DNA of 64,000 nucleotides from Candidatus Binatia bacterium. Its GTDB lineage: Bacteria > Desulfobacterota > Binatia > Bin18. A program made the translations under genes and the position numbers. The notes below the pieces were generated by a model that had not been told where the DNA came from, did no database searches, and saw only the letters and a program-made list of their open reading frames with translations. This document shows, one piece after another, positions 9,026 to 17,996 of the stretch. Numbering within the stretch: the stretch's first letter is position 1; each line of letters begins with the position of its first letter. The DNA is taken from positions 3,392,001 through 3,456,000 of the forward strand of contig OY761159.2 of assembly GCA_963664395.2 (NCBI GenBank). Reading direction: 5' to 3'.

Positions 9026-9565
9026 ATGCGTCGAGCAGTGATTATCTGTGCCGCGGTATTGCTGTGCAGTACCGCCAGCGTCCACGCCCTGGTGTTGTAT
9101 TCAAAGGAGGAAGCTTTGCAGATCGCGTTTCCCCAGGCCGACCGTATTGAGACGCAAACGTTCTACCTGACGCAGGAGCAGGTCGAGCGGGTTGAGGTGC
9201 TGTCCCGCGCGCCGGTCGATTCCAAGCTGGCCACCTTTCACGTCGGCCATACGGCCGGCGCTGTGCAGGGCTATGCCTTTATTGAGACGCATACTGTTCG
9301 CACCTTTCCGGAAACATTTCTGATTGTGGTCTCGCCCGACGGCCGGCTGCAAAAACTCCTGGTCCTGGCCTTTTATGAGCCGCCCGAATACCTGCCGTCG
9401 GAGCGCTGGTTGCAACAGTTTTACCAGAAGCAACTGACGCCCTCGCTGCGATTGCGCCAAGACATCCACGGTATTATGGGCTCCACCCTGACCGCTCAGG
9501 CCGCTACCCGAGGCGTGCGGAAAGTCCTGACCCTTTTTCGGATTTTGATTCAGGAGAAAAAATAG
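9026..9565 (+). CDS. Exported FMN-binding (RnfG/NqrC-like) flavinylation substrate
   Basis: Signal peptide; WLQQF...DIHGIMGSTLT resembles the DxxSGAT flavinylation motif; linked to apbE. Confidence 0.75.
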   Translation: MRRAVIICAAVLLCSTASVHALVLYSKEEALQIAFPQADRIETQTFYLTQEQVERVEVLSRAPVDSKLATFHVGHTAGAVQGYAFIETHTVRTFPETFLIVVSPDGRLQKLLVLAFYEPPEYLPSERWLQQFYQKQLTPSLRLRQDIHGIMGSTLTAQAATRGVRKVLTLFRILIQEKK

Positions 9566-9566
9566 C

Positions 9567-10139
9567 GTGCGCTTTGTGATTACCGGCGAGTGGTCCAAAA
9601 ACCGGCTGCTCCAACTCATCATCGTCATCTTCATCATCTATGTCATCGGCCTGTGGCTGACGAACGCACTTTTATATTTTCAGAAGATGGACCTGACCTA
9701 TGTGTCGGTGACGGAATACTATCTGGGGTCGGAAGAGCGTTTTCTTCAGCCGCGCAGCTATCAGGGCATGCTGGAAGTCTCGCACTTTCATTTATTCGCG
9801 ATGGGGCTGCTACTGCTCACGCTGACCCATCTCATGCTGTTTGTGCCTGTCTCCTGGAACCTGAAGGCCTGGCTGATTATCATTCCTTTTTTTTCCGCCC
9901 TGACCGATGAGGGCAGCGGCTGGCTGGTGCGCTTTGTCCATCCCGGCTTTGCCTATCTGAAAATTGCGGGTTTTCTCGCCCTGGAAATCAGCCTGGCCGT
10001 GCTGGTCGTGATCTGCCTGTGGTCTATCTTTCGTGGTTCGCCAGAGCACTACCGACAGTCGAAGCCGGCCGCCGGGCGAGGGGACACGACCGATGAGGAA
10101 AATGTCGGCCTGGGGGCCGCAGGGGAGTTGGTGGAATGA
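9567..10139 (+). CDS. 4-TM membrane protein with intramembrane histidines
   Basis: Hydrophobic helices; EVSHFHLFAM and LTHLM motifs. Confidence 0.75.
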   Translation: MRFVITGEWSKNRLLQLIIVIFIIYVIGLWLTNALLYFQKMDLTYVSVTEYYLGSEERFLQPRSYQGMLEVSHFHLFAMGLLLLTLTHLMLFVPVSWNLKAWLIIIPFFSALTDEGSGWLVRFVHPGFAYLKIAGFLALEISLAVLVVICLWSIFRGSPEHYRQSKPAAGRGDTTDEENVGLGAAGELVE

Positions 10140-11140
10140 TGAGGGGTTGGGGATTGGGGGTTGGGGGTTGGACGATTGTTGGGATCGTCAGCCTCCTGGT
10201 TTTGGGCGGTCCTGTCCGGGCGTGCGAGACCGATGGCCGGTATATTATGGGTACGGTCTTCCAGGCAACGCTGTGTCAGGCAAAACAGCCGGATGTGAAC
10301 CCTGTTTGGCACGACGTTTTTACAACTACGCAGCGCTTTGACGCTCTCTTCAGCACCTATGCTCCGCACAGCCCACTGAGCCAACTGAACGCGCGGGCCG
10401 GACAAGGACTTCAGGCTGTTCCGGCCGAAGTGGTCGATATTCTTCGTCTCTCGCAGCGCTACGCGGAACTGACCAACGGGGCGTTTGATATTACGGTTCG
10501 GCCCCTCCTGACCTTATGGCGACAGGCGGCAACGCGGCCAACCGCGGCGACTATTACCCGTACCCTGCTGTCCGTTGGGAGTCATAAGCTGCAATTTGCC
10601 GCGCCCCATCAAGTTGGCCTCTCTGCTCAGGGCATGGCGCTGGACCTGGGGGGTATCGGCAAAGGCTATGCGCTCGATCAGGTCGCAAAACAACTCCGCG
10701 AACAGCGGGTGACAAACGCCTTGCTCAACTTTGGGCAGAGTAGTCTGTGGGCGCTGGGTCGGCCGGGCGCTGGGGAGGGCTGGCGGTTGTTGTTACGTCA
10801 GCCGAATGGAGAGGCCGTAGGGGTTGCCACGTTCTCGGATCAAGCCATTTCCGTATCCAGTAGTCTGGGCCAGAGTATGCAGGTCGAAGGGCAGCGCTAC
10901 GGCCATATTATTGATCCCCGGACCGGCCGGCCCGTACAGCGCGATCTGCTGGCCTGCATTGTGGCTCCGAGTGCGGCTCAAGCCGAGGCCCTGAGCACCG
11001 CGCTCTTGATTTTAGGCGAAAATGAAGGACTCGATCTCATTGAACGACTCGATGGGGTCGAAGGACTCTTACGCGAAGCACACGGCACACAGTGGATGAC
11101 AACGGGCTGGAGGCGGGTCAGCCGTTTTGTCGCATTATAG
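10136..11140 (+). CDS. apbE: FAD:protein FMN transferase
   Basis: MGT, GAFDITV, LDLGGIGKGYALD, YGHIIDPRTG, AEALSTAL. Confidence 0.92.
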   Translation: MMRGWGLGVGGWTIVGIVSLLVLGGPVRACETDGRYIMGTVFQATLCQAKQPDVNPVWHDVFTTTQRFDALFSTYAPHSPLSQLNARAGQGLQAVPAEVVDILRLSQRYAELTNGAFDITVRPLLTLWRQAATRPTAATITRTLLSVGSHKLQFAAPHQVGLSAQGMALDLGGIGKGYALDQVAKQLREQRVTNALLNFGQSSLWALGRPGAGEGWRLLLRQPNGEAVGVATFSDQAISVSSSLGQSMQVEGQRYGHIIDPRTGRPVQRDLLACIVAPSAAQAEALSTALLILGENEGLDLIERLDGVEGLLREAHGTQWMTTGWRRVSRFVAL

Positions 11141-11171
11141 TTCTGTCAGCGTACAGAGGAGGGACAAAGAC

Positions 11172-11489
11172 ATGCGCACCAACGAAATACTGACCACCAT
11201 TCCAAGCATACCTCACGGGGCATCTCCCAATGCCCCACCCGACACGGCCCTGGAGATCGCCGTGGAGACCGCGCAACAGGATGGGCAAAATGAGCAGGAA
11301 GACGGACAGCCGAGTATCGCTTTACGTCGTCTGACGTGGGGCTCGGGGTTGGGCTGGTGTCGGCAGCAAACCCTGACCCTGACTCCGGCGGAAGCCGAGG
11401 CGGTGCTCCGCGCCTTGCAAAAGAGCCGCCGCAAATGGCAGGGAGAATCTGCTACCCCCCAGGGTAAAGTCATTCCTTTTCCGGGCTAG
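11172..11489 (+). CDS. Hypothetical protein
   Basis: GAGGAGG RBS; 105-aa ORF with LRRLTWGSGLGW motif, ending KVIPFPG. Confidence 0.6.
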   Translation: MRTNEILTTIPSIPHGASPNAPPDTALEIAVETAQQDGQNEQEDGQPSIALRRLTWGSGLGWCRQQTLTLTPAEAEAVLRALQKSRRKWQGESATPQGKVIPFPG

Positions 11490-11513
11490 AGCAAATGACG
11501 CTGTGTAGCCGCC

Positions 11514-11589
11514 CGTCATTCCTGCGAAAGCAGGAATCCAGGCCCCCGACCCCCCGGCCTCTGGATGCCGGATCACGTCCGGCATCCAG
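11514..11589. repeat. Double-hairpin palindromic repeat; related copy at 23931-23999
   Basis: gtcattcctgcgaaagcaggaatccag...ctggatgccggatcacgtccggcatccag. Confidence 0.75.
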
Positions 11590-11714
11590 AGCGCGTACTG
11601 GCACGGCTACAGACTAACGTGAAACGGGCTAGATACCTCTCTCCCGCGGCACTACCGCCTGATGTATTGCTTTGTCGGCCCAGGCGTGGTCAGGAGGTCT
11701 GAAGTCTGAAAGTC

Positions 11715-12068
11715 ATGGAGGCCGGTGTGAAGAGCCCGGTTGTCATTATCGGCGCGGGACCGGCCGGGCTCACCGCCGTGTATGATCGATCCTATCAGGA
11801 GCATGTGGCCCTGATCCGTCACTATCTGGCAACGTTCCCCAATTTTCAGACGATTGGTCGGAATGGACTGCATCGCTATAATAATCAGGATCATTCAATG
11901 CTGACCGGGGTCTATGCCGCTCGCAATATTGTCGGCGGGCAGCATGATGTCTGGACGGTCAATACCGAAACCACCTATCACGAAGAAGGACAACATCCTG
12001 ACGCGCAGGCCGGAGACCGCTCGGTTCCGGTGCGGAAAGTATCCTCGCCAGGCCGGCTGTCTCCATAG
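11715..12068 (+). pseudogene. Internally deleted FAD-dependent oxidoreductase (protoporphyrinogen oxidase/UDP-galactopyranose mutase-like)
   Basis: N-terminal VVIIGAGPAGLTA joined directly to C-terminal VYD...GRNGLHRYNNQDHSMLTG. Confidence 0.8.
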
Positions 12069-12087
12069 TGCTGAAACGCCGCAGCCC

Positions 12088-12903
12088 ATGTCCGAACGCA
12101 GGTTTGGCCACATTCCAGGCTATCCGGTTGGCAGTTGTTTCGCCTCTCGCCGTGATCTCTCCAGGGCCGGGGTGCATCGAGTGCGCATCGCCGGTATTTC
12201 CGGCAGCGGGCGGGAGGGCGCGGACTCGGTTGTCCTGGCTGGCGGCTATGAAGATGGAGAGGATTATGGGCAGATGATCTTCTACACCGGCCACGGCGGT
12301 CGCGACCCGCAGACCCGCGAGCAGGTTCGTCACCAGGCACTGACCCGTGGGAATTTGTCTTTGGCCCGGAACCGATTGCACGGCCTGCCTGTTCGCGTTA
12401 TCCGTGGTGCCGGTTTTCGTTCTCCCTACTCGCCCGATTCCGGCTACCGCTATGACGGCCTGTATACGGTTGACGACTATTGGCGGGGCATTGGGCGAGC
12501 GGGCTTTTTTATTTGGCGTTTTCGGCTGGTCACAATGGGTGAAGACACAGCGCAGCAGGAACGAGTCGTGCAAGAAACACTCCATGCCCAGGAACTCAAG
12601 CAGCTCTACCACTACCACTGTCAGATATGTCGCGTCCAACTCAAAGGCCCTGCCGGGCCGTATGCCGAAGCGGGGCATATCCGCCCGCTCGAAATCCCGC
12701 ACAACGGCCCTGACACGCCGGAGAATATGCTGTGTCTATGTCCGAATTGTCATATCCTGCTGAGCATCGGCGGGGTGGGTATTGCTGATGATTTTGAGCT
12801 GATCGGGCGATCGGGGACGTTGTACGTTGATTTTCGGCACCGGATCAACATCGAGCATATGCGTTATCGGCGGCAACATTATCCGGTTGACTCTGATATG
12901 TGA
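12088..12903 (+). CDS. SRA/YDG-HNH modification-dependent (5mC) restriction endonuclease, TagI/Sco5333-like
   Basis: FGHIPG, GADSVVLAGGYED, YTGHGG, PVRVIRG, YRYDGLY; CQIC, EAGHIRPL, NMLCLCPNCH. Confidence 0.9.
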   Translation: MSERRFGHIPGYPVGSCFASRRDLSRAGVHRVRIAGISGSGREGADSVVLAGGYEDGEDYGQMIFYTGHGGRDPQTREQVRHQALTRGNLSLARNRLHGLPVRVIRGAGFRSPYSPDSGYRYDGLYTVDDYWRGIGRAGFFIWRFRLVTMGEDTAQQERVVQETLHAQELKQLYHYHCQICRVQLKGPAGPYAEAGHIRPLEIPHNGPDTPENMLCLCPNCHILLSIGGVGIADDFELIGRSGTLYVDFRHRINIEHMRYRRQHYPVDSDM

Positions 12904-12931
12904 GGAGTGCCGGCTCGAAGCCCGTAAGAAA

Positions 12932-13050
12932 TCCCCTCCTCGGAGGGGTGACGCAAAAAGGAACCCACCCCGGCCCTTCGGGCCACCCTTCCCAAGAGGG
13001 GAGTTTTTCCTATCCCCTCCTCGGAGGGGTGCCGCGGAGCGGTGGGGTGG
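12932..13050. repeat. Cluster of GC hairpin REP-like repeats; related unit at 13922-13954
   Basis: cccctcctcggaggggtg twice; ccaccccggcc...ggccaccc. Confidence 0.7.
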
Positions 13051-13090
13051 GTTCCCCCAGGTAGGAAAGAAAAAAAGGGAGAGACCAGCG

Positions 13091-13906
13091 ATGCAGGGAA
13101 ATCTACGCAAGATGAGAACGCAGCCGGGTCCGCCCGTGGGTTATCGCTTGCCGGTCGGAGAACAAGAAGTCGCCTTAAACCCTTTGCTGGGAGAGACCGT
13201 ACGTTTGACGTTTTCCGGGGAGATTCACTGTGTTGCCTGCGGGCGCAAGACCAAGAAGAGTTTCAATCAGGGCTATTGTTATCCCTGCTTTCAGAGCCTT
13301 GCGCAGTGTGACCTGTGCATCGTGAAACCTGAGCTATGCCATTATGCTCAGGGCACCTGCCGTGAGCCGGCATGGGGCGAAGCACACTGTATGCAGCCCC
13401 ACTATGTGTACCTCGCCAACTCATCCGGCCTGAAAGTCGGCATTACGCGCGGGAGTCAGATTCCGACCCGCTGGATGGATCAAGGTGCGGTACAGGCTTT
13501 GCCGATTTTTCGGGTGCAGAGCCGTTATCAGGCCGGACTGCTTGAGGTGATATTCAAGCAGCATATAGCCGATCGCACCAACTGGCAGCGCATGCTCAAG
13601 GGCGAGCCTGAATTGGCGGACTTGGCAGCCAAGCGAGACGATCTCCTTGGGCTGTGTCAGGCGAAACTGCACGACCACACACAGGCCGCCGGGGAAAGCG
13701 CACTCACGCTGCTTGAGGAGGAGGACAGCCGTTCTTTTACCTACCCCGTGCTGGAGTATCCAACCAAGGTCAAGTCACGCAATTTTGAGAAGACACCCGA
13801 GATCGAAGGCACGCTGCTGGGTATCAAGGGGCAGTACCTTATTTTTGATACCGGCGTGCTGAACGTGCGCAAGTTTGGCGGGTATGAGGTGCGGTTCGAG
13901 GGATAA
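13091..13906 (+). CDS. DUF2797 domain protein
   Basis: CVACGRKTKKSFNQGYCYPC, HYVYLANSSGLKVGITR, RWMDQGA, GIKGQYLIFD. Confidence 0.9.
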   Translation: MQGNLRKMRTQPGPPVGYRLPVGEQEVALNPLLGETVRLTFSGEIHCVACGRKTKKSFNQGYCYPCFQSLAQCDLCIVKPELCHYAQGTCREPAWGEAHCMQPHYVYLANSSGLKVGITRGSQIPTRWMDQGAVQALPIFRVQSRYQAGLLEVIFKQHIADRTNWQRMLKGEPELADLAAKRDDLLGLCQAKLHDHTQAAGESALTLLEEEDSRSFTYPVLEYPTKVKSRNFEKTPEIEGTLLGIKGQYLIFDTGVLNVRKFGGYEVRFEG

Positions 13907-14055
13907 ACGGGCCGGGAGAAAACCCACCCCGGCCTGCGGCCACCCCTCCTAAGGGTACTGTTCTAATTTCCTCCCAAACAGCTCACTTTCTGCGCGGACG
14001 GCCTAATTTGGGTAATAATGGGCAGCCCGCCCATGGGGAGCGCGTATCAAGAGTC

Positions 14056-14463
14056 TTAATATCTGCACCAGCGTGCATGTTTGGCGAGTTCAAGCGCGTG
14101 CTGAGTCTGTTCTTCTTCAGACGGTAATTCGGACGGTAAGATAATATCAGCGTGATAGAGATTGTCATCTTGAGGAGAGGCAACCACTCGGCGCTTATTT
14201 GTTGTAGCCTGCCCAACCGTGATAATTGCCCACCCGTAGAATGATCTGTTTGGACCGCGTTCTTCTGCCCGTTTCTCGGCAATCCGAATGGCCTCATGTT
14301 GTGGGGCGATAGTCAGCCTGTCAGAAGACAGATGAGAAATACCCTCTCTTTCTAAAAACACTGACAGGGGAATCTCGTTCCGGTCTGCGCGTTTTGCATC
14401 CCTACTTGAAAACACACTACGACCAAGCTCCTCATTGGGAGCAATCTCTGAGGGTATGGGCAA
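14056..14463 (-). CDS. Hypothetical protein, possible ADP-ribosyltransferase-fold toxin
   Basis: TTG start 5 nt after the upstream stop; ELGRSV / LSSDR / YHADI motif spacing. Confidence 0.6.
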   Translation of the reverse strand: MPIPSEIAPNEELGRSVFSSRDAKRADRNEIPLSVFLEREGISHLSSDRLTIAPQHEAIRIAEKRAEERGPNRSFYGWAIITVGQATTNKRRVVASPQDDNLYHADIILPSELPSEEEQTQHALELAKHARWCRY

Positions 14464-14468
14464 AGCGT

Positions 14469-15176
14469 TTAGCCCTCAAACTGCCCGAGGGCGCTGAGAG
14501 CTTCGTACAGAAATCCGTCGGGCAGAATATTCGCCGTGGAATACCAAGCACGGCGAGAATGATCTGGAGCGCTGACAAGACAGAGCGCCCCTCCATCCGG
14601 CTCGCATAGTACGGATATCGCAATCTTGGGAGCCTTTGAGGCTTGTATAGTAATAGCACCGTTCGGCATAGGATAGACTTCAAAGCGACGTGGCAAGATA
14701 TTGAACATTGTTTTTAGTAACCGTTCCGCGTTGTTTAAGGCGGTCTCTGTCGGTATCGGAAAATCTTGTTCACGCGCTTCGTCTTGGCATTCTCTCAAAT
14801 CCTCCAAGGCATCGTTGAGCTCAGGGACAGATTCGGGAGGTGTTAAAATCCATTCTTGTGGGGAGTGGCCTCGTTTGCTGGGGAACACAGAAAACGTACT
14901 CGAAATTGGGCGATAGTAGGCGGCTACAATCGCAGGGTCATAGATTTCTTTTAGGGATTGGTCCCCGCCGTGTGAGGAGACCCATCGCTCCATAATCTTA
15001 AAGGCAGACTCGGCAAGTATATCTTTGTCAAAGGACACCCAAGCCGTGTTCCAAATTGAGTGTGGGTCTATGGCCACAGTAGTATCATCTACCTCCCTGG
15101 CTGCTCGTAGCTTATTAAAATACTCGAGGTCAGATAATCCAATGTTACTCATCGTGTATGTGAACTCTTCACTCAT
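14469..15176 (-). CDS. Hypothetical protein, possible antitoxin
   Basis: ATGA overlap with upstream gene; acidic; C-terminal alpha/beta domain PIPTETALNNAERLL...VYPMPNGAITI. Confidence 0.65.
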   Translation of the reverse strand: MSEEFTYTMSNIGLSDLEYFNKLRAAREVDDTTVAIDPHSIWNTAWVSFDKDILAESAFKIMERWVSSHGGDQSLKEIYDPAIVAAYYRPISSTFSVFPSKRGHSPQEWILTPPESVPELNDALEDLRECQDEAREQDFPIPTETALNNAERLLKTMFNILPRRFEVYPMPNGAITIQASKAPKIAISVLCEPDGGALCLVSAPDHSRRAWYSTANILPDGFLYEALSALGQFEG

Positions 15177-15478
15177 GACGATTTACCTGGAAGGTGAGTT
15201 AATTGTTGTTGAATCATATCTATGAGCCGTCGAGCGAGCGCCGGGGTGATGTGGAACTGGCCGACACATTTGCGATAGGCTGGTGTCAAGGCGGACCCGT
15301 CTTGGTCGTTGAGAACAGGAGGGGTCGTCGAGAACATCTGTAAGATGAATGACTCATCTGGCACCAGAAGAGCGCTGACATGGTCGCAGCCATAGACGGG
15401 CACGTCTTTCGTATCATAGGTGACAGGGAGCGTGATTTGCTGCGGTTTTCCTGATGGTACGGTTGTATCGTCTGCCAT
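15173..15478 (-). CDS. DUF3467-like small protein
   Basis: AAGGAAG RBS; VYGCDHV...ESFILQMF..PP...VGQFHITPALARRL pattern. Confidence 0.6.
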   Translation of the reverse strand: MADDTTVPSGKPQQITLPVTYDTKDVPVYGCDHVSALLVPDESFILQMFSTTPPVLNDQDGSALTPAYRKCVGQFHITPALARRLIDMIQQQLTHLPGKSS

Positions 15479-15630
15479 GCTGCTTCCTTTCTTTGAAGGG
15501 GCACTTGCACCAATAGGGCACTAAGCCGGCCCCTTTGGAGCACGAACGTCCTAGAGCTGTCAACCATGTGGGTGTAGGTAAATAGGTATATTCCCTCCCA
15601 AGAAGGGATTTGTAAGATCAAAAAACCATC

Positions 15631-17148
15631 TCAGCGCGTCCAGGCCAGCCACTTGGTGAAGAGCGATTTGACCCTGGGGGTCAGTCGGGTGCGATTATAG
15701 GCGTCGGCGGCCCGTTTTATTGCTTCGGCCTGGGTCGGATAGGCATGAATGGTTCTGGCCAGGGTGCCGAGCCCCAGGCCGCCAACCATAGCCAGGGTCA
15801 GCTCCGAGATCATCTCACCCGCATGGCGGGTCACCATCGTTGCGCCCAGAATGGTATCCTTGCCGGCCTGGGTGTGGATTTTCACAAAGCCTTCGGTATC
15901 GCCTTCGAGCACGGCCCGGTCTACCTGCCCCATCTCCTGGTAAAAGGTCCGGATGGCAATGCCCTGTTTTTCCGCCTCATGTTCATACAGACCGACATGC
16001 GCGATTTCAGGGTCGGTATAGGTACACCACGGCACGGTGAGGGCGCTCGCCTTTGCCCGTCCGACGAACAAGGTGTTTTGGATCACAATACGGGCCAGGG
16101 CATCCGCCATATGGGTAAATTTATACGGCGAGCAAATATCACCCGCGGCATAAATACGTGGGTTGGTCGTCTGGAGGCGGTCATCGACCTTCACTCCTTG
16201 TCTGGTATCAAAATCTACCCCGACGGCCTCCAGGTTCAGCCCTTCGACGTTGGGCGCGCGGCCTACTCCGAGCAGGACGGCATCTACGCGGACCTCCTCA
16301 CGCTGCCCATCTTTTTCAACCTGAATTACCTTGTCCTGATCGTCTCGTGCCACCCCGGTGATCTGACAGCCAAGGACGAGCGAGACGCCGTCTCGAATCA
16401 ACGCGGCCTGGATGAGGGCTGCGGCGTCCTTGTCTTCGCGGATGAGGATCTGCGGCATCACTTCCAGGAGGGTGACCTGCGACCCGAAGCGGGCAAACGC
16501 CTGGGCCATTTCACAGCCGATCGGGCCGGCGCCGATGATGGCCAGCCGTTCGGGCAGCTCGGTTAAGGAGAAGACGGTTTCGTTGGTTAAATAGCCGGCT
16601 TCCGCCAAGCCGGGAATCGGCAGGGGCATGGCCCGCGCGCCCGTGGCGATGACCGCCCGACGGAAACGCAGTTGCCGGCCGTCGACCTCCACGCTGTCCG
16701 AATCGACAAAACGTCCCTCGCCCAGAAAGACATCCACGCCAAGTTCGTCACGATAGCGCAGCGCGGAATCATGCGGGCTGATTTCCGAGCGGAGCCGCCG
16801 CATCCGTTCCATCACCGCCGGGAAATTCACTCGGGTTCCGGGTGGCACTTCGACTCCATACTGACCAGCGTCCCGGACATCCGCATACGCCCGGGCCGCG
16901 CGGAGGAGGGCTTTGGACGGCACGCAGCCGACATTCAAGCAGTCGCCACCCAAATGTTCCCGTTCAACCAAGGCGACTTTGGCCCCGAGTCCCGCCGCGC
17001 CGGCTGCCGTAATCAGACCGGCAGTACCTCCACCCAGGACGACCAGATTGTAACTCGGGGCGGGCTCCGGGTTCGTCCAGTCATGGGGGTGGACGTTGGC
17101 AACAAGGGTCTGGTTATACGCGTCTTCAGGGAATGCAACGGTCGTCAT
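15631..17148 (-). CDS. Mercuric-reductase-like pyridine nucleotide-disulfide oxidoreductase (no C-terminal Cys-Cys)
   Basis: GGGTAG, GGDCLNVGCVPSK, GAGPIGCE, HAYPTQAE; AGGAGG RBS. Confidence 0.9.
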   Translation of the reverse strand: MTTVAFPEDAYNQTLVANVHPHDWTNPEPAPSYNLVVLGGGTAGLITAAGAAGLGAKVALVEREHLGGDCLNVGCVPSKALLRAARAYADVRDAGQYGVEVPPGTRVNFPAVMERMRRLRSEISPHDSALRYRDELGVDVFLGEGRFVDSDSVEVDGRQLRFRRAVIATGARAMPLPIPGLAEAGYLTNETVFSLTELPERLAIIGAGPIGCEMAQAFARFGSQVTLLEVMPQILIREDKDAAALIQAALIRDGVSLVLGCQITGVARDDQDKVIQVEKDGQREEVRVDAVLLGVGRAPNVEGLNLEAVGVDFDTRQGVKVDDRLQTTNPRIYAAGDICSPYKFTHMADALARIVIQNTLFVGRAKASALTVPWCTYTDPEIAHVGLYEHEAEKQGIAIRTFYQEMGQVDRAVLEGDTEGFVKIHTQAGKDTILGATMVTRHAGEMISELTLAMVGGLGLGTLARTIHAYPTQAEAIKRAADAYNRTRLTPRVKSLFTKWLAWTR

Positions 17149-17307
17149 GCGGCTCCTCCTGCTGTGCTCCAGGCTCCTCAGAACAGGGTACGCGGGATAG
17201 GACGCTTTACAAGGAGGGGAGGGCAGCGAAAGGGCCACACTCGACTCTGACCTTCCCCTCTCGGGAGGGGATATGGGCAGGCTGCCCCGTCGTGCCTGAG
17301 CCGGTTT

Positions 17308-17751
17308 CTACTTGGCCCAGCCGTCTTTGAGCGGCACAAAATAATAGGCGTTGAATTTTCGTGAGCGGAACTTCCAGGCTCCGTCGATTTTGGCATACAC
17401 GTCATCGTAATGCCCGGCGGCAATCACACTCTGGCCATCCTGCGTGGCGCGCAGCTCCAGATAACACGTTCCTGTGGCCCGGTCGCCCTCAAGGTCAATG
17501 ACGTGATTGTGGATAAAGGGACGTGGATCAAGAGCGGCCAGCCCCTGCGTGTAGGCTGCCAATAACGCCTCGCTCCCCTTTGCCGTAGGCTGTGCTCCAC
17601 CGGCATCAAACTCGCCATCTGGGGTAAAGAGACTGACCACGGCAGGAACGTCCTGCTGCCACACATAATGGCAGTACCGCTGTGGAAGGTCTCGAATCGC
17701 CTCTCGGTCCAACATCCCCTGTACCTGTGTTTCCAGACTTTTGTCGGCCAT
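17308..17751 (-). CDS. SnoaL/NTF2-like protein
   Basis: DREAIRDL..RYC, LFTPDG, HNHVIDLEGDRATG, YDDVY...WKF. Confidence 0.88.
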   Translation of the reverse strand: MADKSLETQVQGMLDREAIRDLPQRYCHYVWQQDVPAVVSLFTPDGEFDAGGAQPTAKGSEALLAAYTQGLAALDPRPFIHNHVIDLEGDRATGTCYLELRATQDGQSVIAAGHYDDVYAKIDGAWKFRSRKFNAYYFVPLKDGWAK

Positions 17752-17828
17752 GGCTTTCTCCTTTTTCGGTTCGCTGTGTGGCCGTCTTACCAAAAGTCTG
17801 GCGCTCGGGATATGGCAGATATGGCCAA

Positions 17829-17927
17829 GAGCAGACTTGAGCAGATTTGAGCAGATTTGAGCAGACTTGAGCAGATTTGAGCAGACTTGAGCAGATTTGA
17901 GCAGACTTGAGCAGACTTGAGCAGACT
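17829..17927. repeat. 10-bp tandem repeat GAGCAGA(C/T)TT x10
   Basis: Directly visible; variant order C,T,T,C,T,C,T,C,C,C. Confidence 0.95.
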
Positions 17928-17996
17928 CGGGTTGCATGCAGACAATAAGAGCTTATAGGATGCGCCAGTGATATCGCTGACGCTCAGGAGGCGGTT

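Noticed and set aside
13955-14040. REP-associated tyrosine transposase
   Set aside because: Only a short ...LPKLGRPRRK* tail resembles such C-termini; too little sequence to call
15631-17148. merA mercury resistance
   Set aside because: No C-terminal Cys-Cys pair, no N-terminal HMA domain, no mer operon
17829-17927. CRISPR array
   Set aside because: Contiguous 10-bp units with no spacers; no cas genes in the window
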